Source: a virus | Strand: one strand, 5' to 3' | Length of the DNA stretch: 57,969 nt | Virus record (IMG/VR): IMGVR_UViG_3300027740_000002 | Location: 1-57,969 of that record | Part shown: positions 16,968-25,055 of the stretch, one piece after another | Layout: every line of letters starts with the position of its first letter | Numbering within the stretch: position 1 is the stretch's first letter | Made by a program: the position numbers and the translations under genes | Notes under the pieces: model-generated | Databases searched by the model: none | What the model was told of the DNA's origin: nothing | What the model saw: the letters and a program-made list of their open reading frames with translations, nothing else

Positions 16968-17059
16968 GCCTAACCATGCGCTCCAGCGAACGGCGGCATC
17001 GCGTCTCAGTTTCAATCGGTGCGCCTTGTGTGCCGGGTCGCTGAGTTCCGGCGTTAGGC
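16968..17059 (-). repeat. Junction element copy
   Basis: Forward strand reads GCCTAACCATGCGCTCCAGCGAACGGCGGC ... GCCGGGTCGCT ... GGCGTTAGGC. Confidence 0.65.
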
Positions 17060-17224
17060 ATCACCGCGCTTTTGGTCGTGATGGACATGATAGACATGCA
17101 CACAGTCGAGTTTGACTTTTTCGAGCACCGCGATGAGGTCCATGATTCGCAGATCGGATTCCTCAGTGTAGCGATTGATGAGATTATGAAGCTCATGTTC
17201 GAGTTGTTCGGCGGCTGGAGTCAT
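17054..17224 (-). CDS. Small helical hypothetical protein (56 aa)
   Basis: Hand-translated: MTPAAEQLEHELHNLINRYTEESDLRIMDLIAVLEKVKLD...GDA. The ATG overlaps the TGA of a 22-codon uORF. Below the track cutoff. Confidence 0.4.
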   Translation of the reverse strand: MTPAAEQLEHELHNLINRYTEESDLRIMDLIAVLEKVKLDCVHVYHVHHDQKRGDA

Positions 17225-17289
17225 ATTTGTATTTCGATGTTGATGCCTAACCGTGCGCGAACCGGCGGTGTAGTCTCAGGTTGTTTCAT
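17221..17289 (-). CDS. 22-codon upstream ORF embedded in a junction element
   Basis: ATG 17289 in the context AACCTTATGAAAC, encoding MKQPETTPPVRARLGINIEIQI. Its TGA overlaps the next ATG. Confidence 0.25.
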   Translation of the reverse strand: MKQPETTPPVRARLGINIEIQI

Positions 17290-17347
17290 AAGGTTATGGT
17301 TTGTCCTCAGCCCCAGTTCGCCGGGTCGCTCACGCAGGTCGTTAGGT
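17245..17347 (-). repeat. Junction element copy
   Basis: Forward strand reads GCCTAACCGTGCGCGAACCGGCGG ... GCCGGGTCGCTCACGCAGGTCGTTAGGT. Brackets the uORF start at 17289. Confidence 0.65.
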
Positions 17348-17364
17348 GTCAAGAGTCGCCATAG

Positions 17365-18240
17365 CTAGCGCCCAGCCCATTTCGGCAGCGCGATCTTCCG
17401 CACGCCAGATAAATATCCCGGCCAACGATCCTCCTTCACGCATTTGGCGTAAGCAAGGAGGAGTCTGCGCCATTCTTGATAGCCCGCGTTTTGCGCGTCT
17501 TGATCCAATTCAAATTGACAGGCGTCGAACGGCTCTGAATCGTCGAAGGGGACGAATACAAATCGCGATGCGCCGGTGATTGCAAGGTAGCTCATCATCT
17601 GGACGTGGTAGCCGAAGGTCGCGCAGGACTTCCCAAAATCCCGCTCGTTGGCCTCGCCCGGCTGAACCTTCTTGGGATCGAAAATCCAAGTCTGGTTGTC
17701 GGTGGTGTTTGCCACCAAATCGCAGCGGCATTTGAGCATCAATCCCGTCTCCTCGTCGCGCTTGAAAAACGAGACTTCGGTTTGTCCGGTCTTGAGGGCA
17801 GAGCCGAATTCGGGAAGTGCCAGCATTCGCTCCCGAATCATTGGCAGCTTGTTTAGCTGTTCTTGGGTCATTACGGGGCGGTCTTGGTGGCTGGCGATCC
17901 ACACCTTACAAGTATCAGAACTGCCGTGCCATGGCTTCGTCACCAACTTGCCTCGAATCTCCGCCTCGTAGGTTTCAGGGCGAAGGTGGTAAGCCGCGTG
18001 CAGCAAATCGGGTTGCAGAATAGCGCAGTGAGCGACGGTCCCGAATTCCATATCCGCCGTGGCCTCTTTCTTTTTGCGATGCTTGAAATGCAGGGGCGTC
18101 GAAGCCTCGTGGAATTCCCAGAGGAGGGATTTAGATACCGCGTTAGCTGAGTGGTAAATTTCAGCGGGCAGGTCGGTAAAAACTCCCTCGGCGGGGTTGG
18201 TGGGGTCGAAGGTCACAGCTTTGTATTTATCCACGGCCAC
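17365..18240 (-). CDS. PD-(D/E)XK exonuclease (DUF3799 / RecE-like), partner of RecT
   Basis: 291 aa. Contains FGTVAHCAILQP and CRCDLV...IFDPKKV (D...D-x-K). Lies two genes downstream of RecT. Confidence 0.7.
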   Translation of the reverse strand: MAVDKYKAVTFDPTNPAEGVFTDLPAEIYHSANAVSKSLLWEFHEASTPLHFKHRKKKEATADMEFGTVAHCAILQPDLLHAAYHLRPETYEAEIRGKLVTKPWHGSSDTCKVWIASHQDRPVMTQEQLNKLPMIRERMLALPEFGSALKTGQTEVSFFKRDEETGLMLKCRCDLVANTTDNQTWIFDPKKVQPGEANERDFGKSCATFGYHVQMMSYLAITGASRFVFVPFDDSEPFDACQFELDQDAQNAGYQEWRRLLLAYAKCVKEDRWPGYLSGVRKIALPKWAGR

Positions 18241-18473
18241 ACTTCTTTTCCGAACACCGCCTCAATTGCCACTTCCTGAATGTAGTGGCCGAAATCTTCA
18301 TCCGCCCCACCCTCGGCGAGCGCGGCGATGTATTTTTCGCATAGCTCCAATAACGGCTTGAAGTCGGGATTTTCGATCCGCTTGGGAAGCGAGTGAACCG
18401 CCTCAACAACCCTCCTTGCTTCAAGCTCGCGCTCCAAATCTTCTGTTTTGAATTCTGAGAGAGTAACTTTCAC
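18213..18473 (-). CDS. Hypothetical protein
   Basis: 86 aa, between RecT and the exonuclease. Confidence 0.5.
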   Translation of the reverse strand: MKVTLSEFKTEDLERELEARRVVEAVHSLPKRIENPDFKPLLELCEKYIAALAEGGADEDFGHYIQEVAIEAVFGKEVWPWINTKL

Positions 18474-19525
18474 GCTTCCCCCTTAATGGCTTTCAACATC
18501 GCCCCCGCCGCGTTGATGTTGCTGGTTAGCGCCGTCACCTTCCCCGGCAGCAGGTCGGCCAACTTGTCGCCCGCAGTTTCCGGCTTGAAGCAATTGCCTT
18601 TCGACACGCAAAAGGCCAGGACTTGAGATTCGGTAACGCCCTTGGCTGTCATGGCGAGCCGCAGGGCGACGAATTCAGGGCTTTCGCCGTCAACGACTTC
18701 CTCAAACGAAGGTTCTTTGGAAGTGACGCCAACTGCGGCAGCAGGAAACGGCGCCGGTCCTGGAACCGGCACAACCTCGGCCTCGACCGGATTTTTGATT
18801 TCAAGGCCCGGTGTGGTGAATTTTGCCATTTGCGGCGGCTTGGCTTTCTTGGGGGCTTCTGGTGCTACAAATACGGGCGGCAATTCCAATTCCCCAACCG
18901 GCTTGGATCGGGCGAACCGTTCCTCTTCGCGAATGCGGTCGGCGTCGTCCTCTGTAATGACGCCCAAGACAATCTCCGGCTTGTGCCGCCGCGCCCATTT
19001 CGTCGCCCCGGTGTAAACCAGCTTTTGCATTGGGTCTTTTGTCCACATGGAATTTTGCGTCCGCGCCTCTTTGACGCTGACCGTCACCGTCCGGGCCTCC
19101 TGCTCACCCTCAAAACGACCGGAAACAGTTACCTCCAAATCGTCGCCTTTCTTGTCGTTGAAGGTGTAGGAGAGCTTATCGGCAAGGCCAGCACGGGCAT
19201 TGATGACGGCGGCGAGGAGCTTGCCTTGGAATCCCAGCTTGCCGCCGACTTCGTAAGTCTCGGGCGCGACGGCGAAGGGATCAAAGCCCCAACGGATTGC
19301 TTGATTGACGACCAGGAAGCAGTTCGCGGCGGTTTGATCGGCGCTGTCACCCTTGAGATGCTTGGGGATCAAGCTGGCGCGGGCCATCATTTGAGCCACG
19401 CGGTAGCAGTGCTCAAACTTGGCGGTGTCCATCATGTAGCTGATGGCTGAATCGTCTTGAACAATTTTGACTTCGCGCTTCGGCTGGACTGCTACGGCTG
19501 TAGTTGTGGTTTGTGTGTCAGACAT
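18470..19525 (-). CDS. recT: RecT-family single-strand annealing protein
   Basis: 351 aa. RVAQMMARASLIPKHLKG...CFLVVNQAIRWGFDPFAV...GKLGFQGKLLAAVINARAGL is RecT-like. Confidence 0.75.
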   Translation of the reverse strand: MSDTQTTTTAVAVQPKREVKIVQDDSAISYMMDTAKFEHCYRVAQMMARASLIPKHLKGDSADQTAANCFLVVNQAIRWGFDPFAVAPETYEVGGKLGFQGKLLAAVINARAGLADKLSYTFNDKKGDDLEVTVSGRFEGEQEARTVTVSVKEARTQNSMWTKDPMQKLVYTGATKWARRHKPEIVLGVITEDDADRIREEERFARSKPVGELELPPVFVAPEAPKKAKPPQMAKFTTPGLEIKNPVEAEVVPVPGPAPFPAAAVGVTSKEPSFEEVVDGESPEFVALRLAMTAKGVTESQVLAFCVSKGNCFKPETAGDKLADLLPGKVTALTSNINAAGAMLKAIKGEA

Positions 19526-19623
19526 ATATTCGGATTGTTTTTCGGTTTTCTAAAATTGTTGCCGCCCGTTTAGCGGTTGTGTTTCCCGCGCACAGATTGG
19601 CTTTGGAGTTGCATTATGTTCTG

Positions 19624-19872
19624 TCACGGGCGGCAGTTTGTTTTAACGCATAGAGCTTCCCGCAGTGCCGTGACCGAACGGCGAGCCTCAATTCCTCTCT
19701 GGTGTTCCGCGTCTTGCAGCGGACTTATGCAAAGATTCCCTATCGTCGGTTTCCGGTAGCGTGTTAGACAGCCCGGAAGTTCCCTCGGGAGCAGCGCAAC
19801 CCCTTGCGGAGCGTGGATAGAATTTGCGCGTGTTTTCATTTTGACTCCGATATTAACTGCGGGGAAAATCAT
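19624..19872 (-). CDS. Doubtful ORF upstream of recT (may instead be a structured leader)
   Basis: 82 aa, ATGA-coupled to the HTH gene, Arg/Cys-rich. Ends inside a 9-bp inverted repeat. Confidence 0.3.
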   Translation of the reverse strand: MIFPAVNIGVKMKTRANSIHAPQGVALLPRELPGCLTRYRKPTIGNLCISPLQDAEHQRGIEARRSVTALREALCVKTNCRP

Positions 19873-20054
19873 TTATCATACTTCCTCAAACACCGCTCAC
19901 AGCGATGCTTCAAATCAGGCAGGCCGCGCTTGACGCGCTGTTGCACCGCCTGAAACGTGATGCCGTAAAGACTGGCGATGTCGCGGTTGTGACTGCCCTT
20001 GGCCTTGAGTTTCAGGATCGTCGGCAGGGTTAGGGTTTTAGTTCCTTTGGTCAT
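19869..20054 (-). CDS. Small helix-turn-helix DNA-binding protein
   Basis: 61 aa. NRDIASLYGITFQAVQQRVKRG is an HTH of the sigma-70 region 4 / resolvase type. Confidence 0.55.
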   Translation of the reverse strand: MTKGTKTLTLPTILKLKAKGSHNRDIASLYGITFQAVQQRVKRGLPDLKHRCERCLRKYDK

Positions 20055-20120
20055 TAGCTTTTGAAAATTACAATCGCACTCGGAAACGGGGCGCTGTTTT
20101 TATGTCCGCTTGCGTGTTCA

Positions 20121-20663
20121 TCAATAACTCGCCTTGTAAAATGCCGCCGTCGTGCTGGCCGTATTTGTTTCGCTCCAGCTAAAATGTGAGGGATCATCAG
20201 TGATGGTGTCTCGCAAAACCCAGTCAACGAGGTTGGTTGACTTCCAGATTTTAATCGGAATGGCGGGGATGTAAACGCCCGGATTGTCCGCGCTTTGAAC
20301 CGTAGCTCCTACCGCTGAAATCGTCTGGACTGAATTTGTTTTAGGCGGACACGCTGCCGCCGCTGCCGCTGCGCTTGTGTAGGGGCCAGATTGAACACTC
20401 CAATCATTCGCGGCTCGCTCGGTGCGGCTGGCATTCGACGGGAATACGTTCCCGTCCTCGTCTTTGACGCAGTAGTATTTCGGGCGGCAGGTTTTTAGCA
20501 TCCAGATCACCACCCCGCCAACGATGGCGCCACCACCAACAAGGCAGATGGCCATGACAGCCGATTGCGGCTCGTTTGGCCCCGGCTCTTTGGGAACGGC
20601 GTTGAGGTCAAGCGGCGCGGCAATCATGGCGCCGCACAGGGTTAGAGCAATTAGCTTTTTCAT
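20121..20663 (-). CDS. Secreted/membrane protein
   Basis: ATG 20663 (MKKLIALTLCGAMIAAPL...), a second TM segment (AVMAICLVGGGAIVGGVVIWML), and the C-terminus STNLVDW...AAFYKASY. Confidence 0.55.
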   Translation of the reverse strand: MKKLIALTLCGAMIAAPLDLNAVPKEPGPNEPQSAVMAICLVGGGAIVGGVVIWMLKTCRPKYYCVKDEDGNVFPSNASRTERAANDWSVQSGPYTSAAAAAAACPPKTNSVQTISAVGATVQSADNPGVYIPAIPIKIWKSTNLVDWVLRDTITDDPSHFSWSETNTASTTAAFYKASY

Positions 20664-20869
20664 TTGTTTGTCGGGTTGTAGGTTGTCGTATGTTTTCGTA
20701 ACTCCGCATCCAAAAATCTTTCGTTGCGCCAAGCTTGGGACAGGGCTGAAAGCAAAAACACGATTAGTCCAAGCATTAACAGGAACACGGCGACCGTCAG
20801 GTGGTTTTCGGTTTTGGTGTTCATGCTTTTGATTTATTGAAACTAGAATGTCATTTGTGATTGAGTTTG

Positions 20870-21220
20870 TCAAGGTGTGTTTTCAAAAATAAGTTTGCCC
20901 AGTGAGAGGCTGTTTTTCCCGCGTTTCCAATCGCGATAATTCCCGGTGGCGCGCAACCACTGAACGCATTTGGTTTTGGATCCCTCGCAAAGAATTTCAC
21001 CGTTGATCTTGTTGTCAACCTGCCAGAGCTTGCCGGTATTGAGCATTTGCAGCCGCTTTATTTGTGCCGTCAATTCATGCCAGCCGTGTAATTGTCTCGC
21101 GGCCTCACGATGAGTGTGGCGGGATTGACAGGACGGATATTGGACAGCCTCGCGCTCAATAAAGAGGCGGAGGCTGGATTTCCTTTTTAGCAAGTCGCAA
21201 AGCTGATGATTGGTATTCAA
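20870..21220 (-). CDS. Hypothetical protein
   Basis: 116-aa ORF. Confidence 0.5.
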   Translation of the reverse strand: MNTNHQLCDLLKRKSSLRLFIEREAVQYPSCQSRHTHREAARQLHGWHELTAQIKRLQMLNTGKLWQVDNKINGEILCEGSKTKCVQWLRATGNYRDWKRGKNSLSLGKLIFENTP

Positions 21221-21438
21221 GGTTTGGTTTTGCTGCCCTCGAAAGTATTTTCGTAACCGACGGCCCAGGCTTCGTGCAAGTCATCCTCGGTATCCACGCC
21301 GTAAGGGTTGGGAGTTTCCTCGAAACATTCAGGATCGGAATCGTAGCTGCGGGCATCCAGCAGGCCCGAATTCATTCCCCGTTCTTCGGCCACTCGGATT
21401 TCCCAGGGCTTGCAAGGGCGGATTATTTTGTTTTTCAT
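21217..21438 (-). CDS. Acidic hypothetical protein
   Basis: ATG 21438 (MKNKIIRPCKPWE...). Its stop overlaps the next start. Confidence 0.45.
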   Translation of the reverse strand: MKNKIIRPCKPWEIRVAEERGMNSGLLDARSYDSDPECFEETPNPYGVDTEDDLHEAWAVGYENTFEGSKTKP

Positions 21439-21442
21439 AAGT

Positions 21443-21853
21443 TTAGAAGCGGTCAACGAAAACCACCCGACCATAGTCGCGCAAATTTTGCAAGACGCTG
21501 CGGACTTGATAATCGGCGAAAGCCCAGCGTTCCAAGATCGGCTGGTGGAGGTCTTTGCCGCCTGAATGTCCGAAAATCACGCTACCGAAAATTCCCGGCT
21601 TTGAATTTGCCGCAACTTCAATTTCTTCAATGGTCATTTCGTCGCCCAGAATTCCCAACATCGGCGCGGAGGTTAAATCACCAGTGTTCATGGGATTGAT
21701 CCATTCAAGCTCCTTGCGGGTCAGCGGCTCCAAGAAGTCAGTCATTGTTAAGTCTTGGTGGATGTCGTCGCCCAGCTCATAAAGGATGCGCTGTTCGTCG
21801 TCAGAGATTTTAATCGTGAGCTTTTGGCGGTCAGGTGAGATCGTGTGTTTCAT
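21443..21853 (-). CDS. Hypothetical protein
   Basis: 136-aa ORF. Confidence 0.55.
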   Translation of the reverse strand: MKHTISPDRQKLTIKISDDEQRILYELGDDIHQDLTMTDFLEPLTRKELEWINPMNTGDLTSAPMLGILGDEMTIEEIEVAANSKPGIFGSVIFGHSGGKDLHQPILERWAFADYQVRSVLQNLRDYGRVVFVDRF

Positions 21854-22209
21854 GGCGTGAGTTTGTGAAGATTGCCGAGCAGCTTGGAAAGTCTGGCATT
21901 GTTTATCGCGATAAAGTCAACCGATCCACCGCAAAGGATAATATACTCCGCCTGTTCAAGATAGCTAAGGCGGGCGCTCTTGTCTGGCGGGTTGGCGCTG
22001 TAGTTTACAAGCCGTTTTGCCAGTGCGTGACAAGAGAATCCATTGGGGTGAGATGCCAAGACTGTGCTTGAATCGCCGCAGATGTAACACAGGTGATGGG
22101 TATCCGCTTGTTCGTCAGCCACGACCTGCAACACGCCATCTTGAAATGAAATTGGATTGAGGATTTCAGGACTGCTAGAGGAAAAGATTGCGCCGCCGAT
22201 GTTTTTCAT
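21850..22209 (-). CDS. Hypothetical protein
   Basis: 119-aa ORF, ATGA-coupled. Confidence 0.55.
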   Translation of the reverse strand: MKNIGGAIFSSSSPEILNPISFQDGVLQVVADEQADTHHLCYICGDSSTVLASHPNGFSCHALAKRLVNYSANPPDKSARLSYLEQAEYIILCGGSVDFIAINNARLSKLLGNLHKLTP

Positions 22210-22210
22210 A

Positions 22211-22642
22211 TCAATTCTCAGTCAGGCGTTCAAACTCCCGGCAAACTTCCTCGCCAGCGTACCATGCCAGCGCATTAAGCACGCCCGCCCCGTCATCTTT
22301 GCCAGCGTAAAGCGCCAGCCCAATTTCTGAATCAGTCGGCTTGGTACCATTACGGAAACATCCGAAGCCTTGAATCATTTCGGTTGCGCTCGTTCCAAAA
22401 TCTTGCGCCTGACTTTGCGCCATTTGCTGAATCGCTTCACGGTTACGTTTAGCGAAAGCCTCCGTCTCTTTTGTGTAAATGAAGCCATGGAATCCGCCAT
22501 CAATCCCGCCCCGGCAAACGTCCAAGGCGCATTCAGTAAAGCTTCCCCAGCCTCCAAATTGCCGCACGACAGCGCGGACGAGGCTCTCGGGAATGTTGGT
22601 TTGGTCAATCAGGGTTGCGAGTTTTATTTTTGTTTCGGTCAT
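22211..22642 (-). CDS. Hypothetical protein, first gene of the - strand early block
   Basis: 143-aa ORF adjacent to the divergent control region. Confidence 0.55.
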   Translation of the reverse strand: MTETKIKLATLIDQTNIPESLVRAVVRQFGGWGSFTECALDVCRGGIDGGFHGFIYTKETEAFAKRNREAIQQMAQSQAQDFGTSATEMIQGFGCFRNGTKPTDSEIGLALYAGKDDGAGVLNALAWYAGEEVCREFERLTEN

Positions 22643-22671
22643 ATTCTTACTCTCTTTCCTTTAGTTGTTTT

Positions 22672-22713
22672 TGTCAACATAGTATTTGACATTTAATTTT
22701 CAATGGTTAGGAT
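22672..22713 (+). promoter_or_regulatory. Divergent control region: palindromic TGTCAA-N8-TTGACA plus a sigma70-like promoter for the + block
   Basis: TTGACA at 22686-22691, a 16-nt spacer, TAGGAT at 22708-22713, then an AAGGA Shine-Dalgarno sequence and ATG 22735. Confidence 0.45.
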
Positions 22714-22734
22714 GGGGGCGAAGGAAATAAAATT

Positions 22735-23064
22735 ATGAGTGAAACGAAATACACGCCGGGGAAGTGGATTAACAAAAACGGCAACATCTCAGGGGAATGG
22801 GAAGGAGGCAAAACAATCGGGATTGCTATTGTTGGAGTCACCCGATTTTGTGGCGATGATTCAGGCAGTCCAAACGATTTGAGGATGCGGCGGGAAGATG
22901 AAGCCAACGCCCGTTTGATTGCGAGTGCGCCAGAGCTTTTAGAGTTGGTTTGTGAAATCAATTTCTGGCTTGCAAATCCAGACTTGTCTCCGGGCGTAAT
23001 CGGGGCTTACAAACATGATTGCGAACTTGCCATCGCCCAAGCCACCGGAAAGGCGGAGAAGTGA
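22735..23064 (+). CDS. Conserved phage protein (ANARLIAxAPELL family)
   Basis: 109 aa. YTPGKW...EANARLIASAPELLELV is a recurrent phage motif of unknown function. Confidence 0.55.
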   Translation: MSETKYTPGKWINKNGNISGEWEGGKTIGIAIVGVTRFCGDDSGSPNDLRMRREDEANARLIASAPELLELVCEINFWLANPDLSPGVIGAYKHDCELAIAQATGKAEK

Positions 23065-23297
23065 TAACGCTCCGCAAAGCCGCTGAGAATTGCCTTTACG
23101 ATTGCGCGGTGCGAATTGTCTCCGGTGACGAATCAGCTTGGAAACTGGTAGATAGAATCGAGAGACGCTGGCACATGCAGGGCGCCACAAGTAATCATGT
23201 GAACCGGATGAGAGCCAGTCAAAGAGCGTTCAAGATTGCGGAGTCGAAGCGGCATGATTTTATTTATCCTGACCGGCTCTCGTATCTTCACAGGTGA
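23061..23297 (+). CDS. Hypothetical protein
   Basis: GTG 23061 overlaps the previous TGA. Confidence 0.4.
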   Translation: MITLRKAAENCLYDCAVRIVSGDESAWKLVDRIERRWHMQGATSNHVNRMRASQRAFKIAESKRHDFIYPDRLSYLHR

Positions 23298-23344
23298 AGA
23301 ATCGAAGGCCCCGCGTCAGACCGGGTGAATGGAAATAAAAGAGC

Positions 23345-23644
23345 ATGAAACCGTTTCTGGTAGAGATCAAAGCCACTCCTAACAATATCCACCGCATTCA
23401 ATACGGCACTGACTTCGCTTCCGTTGCGCTCATGGTTCAGAACGGAAAGCTTCCCATTCATGGGGTGCGCGAATTGAATGAAGTGGAGCGCCATGATTAT
23501 CAGCGCGGTGGCGTTCAAATTGGATTGCAGAACATTTTTGGGAGCGTTATCACTTGGGAACAAATCAAAGACAAGGCACATTTATACGTAGCTTCGATCC
23601 ACCGGCGAATATGTCCAGCTTTGCCGCGTGGTGAAGTTTATTGA
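23345..23644 (+). CDS. Hypothetical protein
   Basis: 99-aa ORF. Confidence 0.5.
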   Translation: MKPFLVEIKATPNNIHRIQYGTDFASVALMVQNGKLPIHGVRELNEVERHDYQRGGVQIGLQNIFGSVITWEQIKDKAHLYVASIHRRICPALPRGEVY

Positions 23645-23740
23645 CGGCGGCGAATTGAACGAGCCAGTCTTTGCCTGCCGGATACCAAGCATGGCGGGCA
23701 TTGAACACCGAACCACTGAGGAACTTTGCGATTTTTGTTT

Positions 23741-23944
23741 ATGAAATTCTCTGATTCCTCGAATTCAACCGGCGCAACACGGCTTTACAATGAGCTTTAC
23801 GAGTTGGTTGAATCTTACCTGACAACACCAAACACAAACCCACGAATCGAAGATCACTACAAAGCTTTGGTCGCTTGGTTTGTCAGGAACAAAAGACCGG
23901 ATGGAAGCGAACCGCGTCCGGTTTCGCCAGGTGGAGCGTTATGA
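23741..23944 (+). CDS. Hypothetical protein
   Basis: ATG 23741; 67 aa. Confidence 0.45.
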   Translation: MKFSDSSNSTGATRLYNELYELVESYLTTPNTNPRIEDHYKALVAWFVRNKRPDGSEPRPVSPGGAL

Positions 23945-23952
23945 ACAAGATT

Positions 23953-24016
23953 AAGCCCCGCATTGGCGAGCAATCGTCATTCATGCTCCGCGTCTGAACG
24001 ATGCGGGGCTTTTTAT
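23953..24016 (+). terminator. Terminator-like branched hairpin with a T-tract
   Basis: AAGCCCCGCAT (23953-63) pairs with ATGCGGGGCTT (24001-11), followed by TTTTATT. An inner stem GAGCA/TGCTC is present. Confidence 0.45.
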
Positions 24017-24108
24017 TGTACGGAGGAAAGCCAATGAAATGACGGGAAGCCAACTGGATTTACCGCGATGATATTGACTCGCGGTATTCAATCGGTTATC
24101 GGTTGCTT

Positions 24109-24456
24109 ATGCCGGTATCCGAAGCATCAAAAAAGCACTGGTTCACCCCCGCAATTGCCCGCGAAATGGCCGCTAGAGGCAATCAGGCGCGATGGTCGCG
24201 GAGTGAGAAGTTGCCCGAACATGGCTCGCCAAATCCGCGAATCACGGAAGATGATCCCAGGCACAAGACAACGCTCGCCCAAATTGATGACTTAGATAAG
24301 GAATATCGCAAGGCCGAGAGCTTGGCCGACAAGTTGAAGATTGCGGGCATCAAAGAGAAGCTCTGGCGATTGCTTTACCCATCGCCCGGCTCTCTCAAAC
24401 CAAAGCAGCCAAAGCCCGGACGCTCCAACGCCACAATAGACCCTGAACCAGTCTAA
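24109..24456 (+). CDS. Basic hypothetical protein
   Basis: ATG 24109; 115 aa. I weighed a small-terminase or DNA-binding role but cannot support either. Confidence 0.45.
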   Translation: MPVSEASKKHWFTPAIAREMAARGNQARWSRSEKLPEHGSPNPRITEDDPRHKTTLAQIDDLDKEYRKAESLADKLKIAGIKEKLWRLLYPSPGSLKPKQPKPGRSNATIDPEPV

Positions 24457-24533
24457 TCGCCCGCGACTCTAACCCTCGGGGGAAATCAAGTCGCGTCCTG
24501 GATGATCCTTTGATGCCGATTAGTACGGACTAA

Positions 24534-24746
24534 TTGTTCCACGGATGTTCCACAGGCTTTTCGGCAAAGTTATTCACAATCCGAAATCCTAATTGTTAGA
24601 CAACATGAAAGTAGCTAGATAAATGAATTACAATCTACGTTATCTTCTATTGTGGTGTTGAGCCATGACACCACAAGACCGATTTCCTTTCCTCCTTGGA
24701 TAGTTATTCACAAGTTATTCACACACTGTTCCACAGATGTTCCACA
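24534..24746. other. Candidate replication origin: DnaA-box-like iterons flanking an AT-rich spacer
   Basis: TTATTCACA three times (24570, 24704, 24715). TGTTCCAC(A/G) four times (24535, 24546, 24727, 24738). All lie on one strand around the AT-rich segment 24595-24660. Confidence 0.5.
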
Positions 24747-25055
24747 GACATAGAGAACCATATCCGGCGCACTGGCGAAATGGTATCGCGCTCTATGTCC
24801 TCCTGGCTGGTGATCTACCACAGGCCAGAGAATTTTCTTTGTGACTCCCAAGGGCCGGGGCCGGAGGGTGTCCACACCACCCACCCCGGTAGCCCCCTTT
24901 TCGGGCGGGGAGGAGGGTAGGAGTCCCCTCCCTTAAACGAACCTCATTTTCCAAACTTTTCGGGGTACAGTTAATCGCCGTTTTTAAGGGGGGGGTGCTA
25001 TGTTGACCCTACTTTCAAAAACACCTATCAAATTCCTTAGCAAAACGACGAGTTT

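Noticed and set aside
16968-17251. GGTTAGGC of the junction elements acting as a -10 promoter box (it lies 14-24 nt before several ATGs and resembles the TAGGAT box at 22708)
   Set aside because: No -35-like hexamer lies at a workable spacing in any copy. The complementary CCTAACG arm and the paired inner blocks fit a hairpin or binding-site model better.
18623-19450. 275-aa + strand ORF opposite recT
   Set aside because: The - strand frame carries clear RecT motifs. The + frame product is Arg/Gly-rich with no recognisable features.
24696-24920. 74-aa + strand ORF in the iteron region (also 24068-24295)
   Set aside because: It begins with TTG inside the DnaA-box cluster, runs through palindromes and a GC-rich tract, and has an unconvincing composition.
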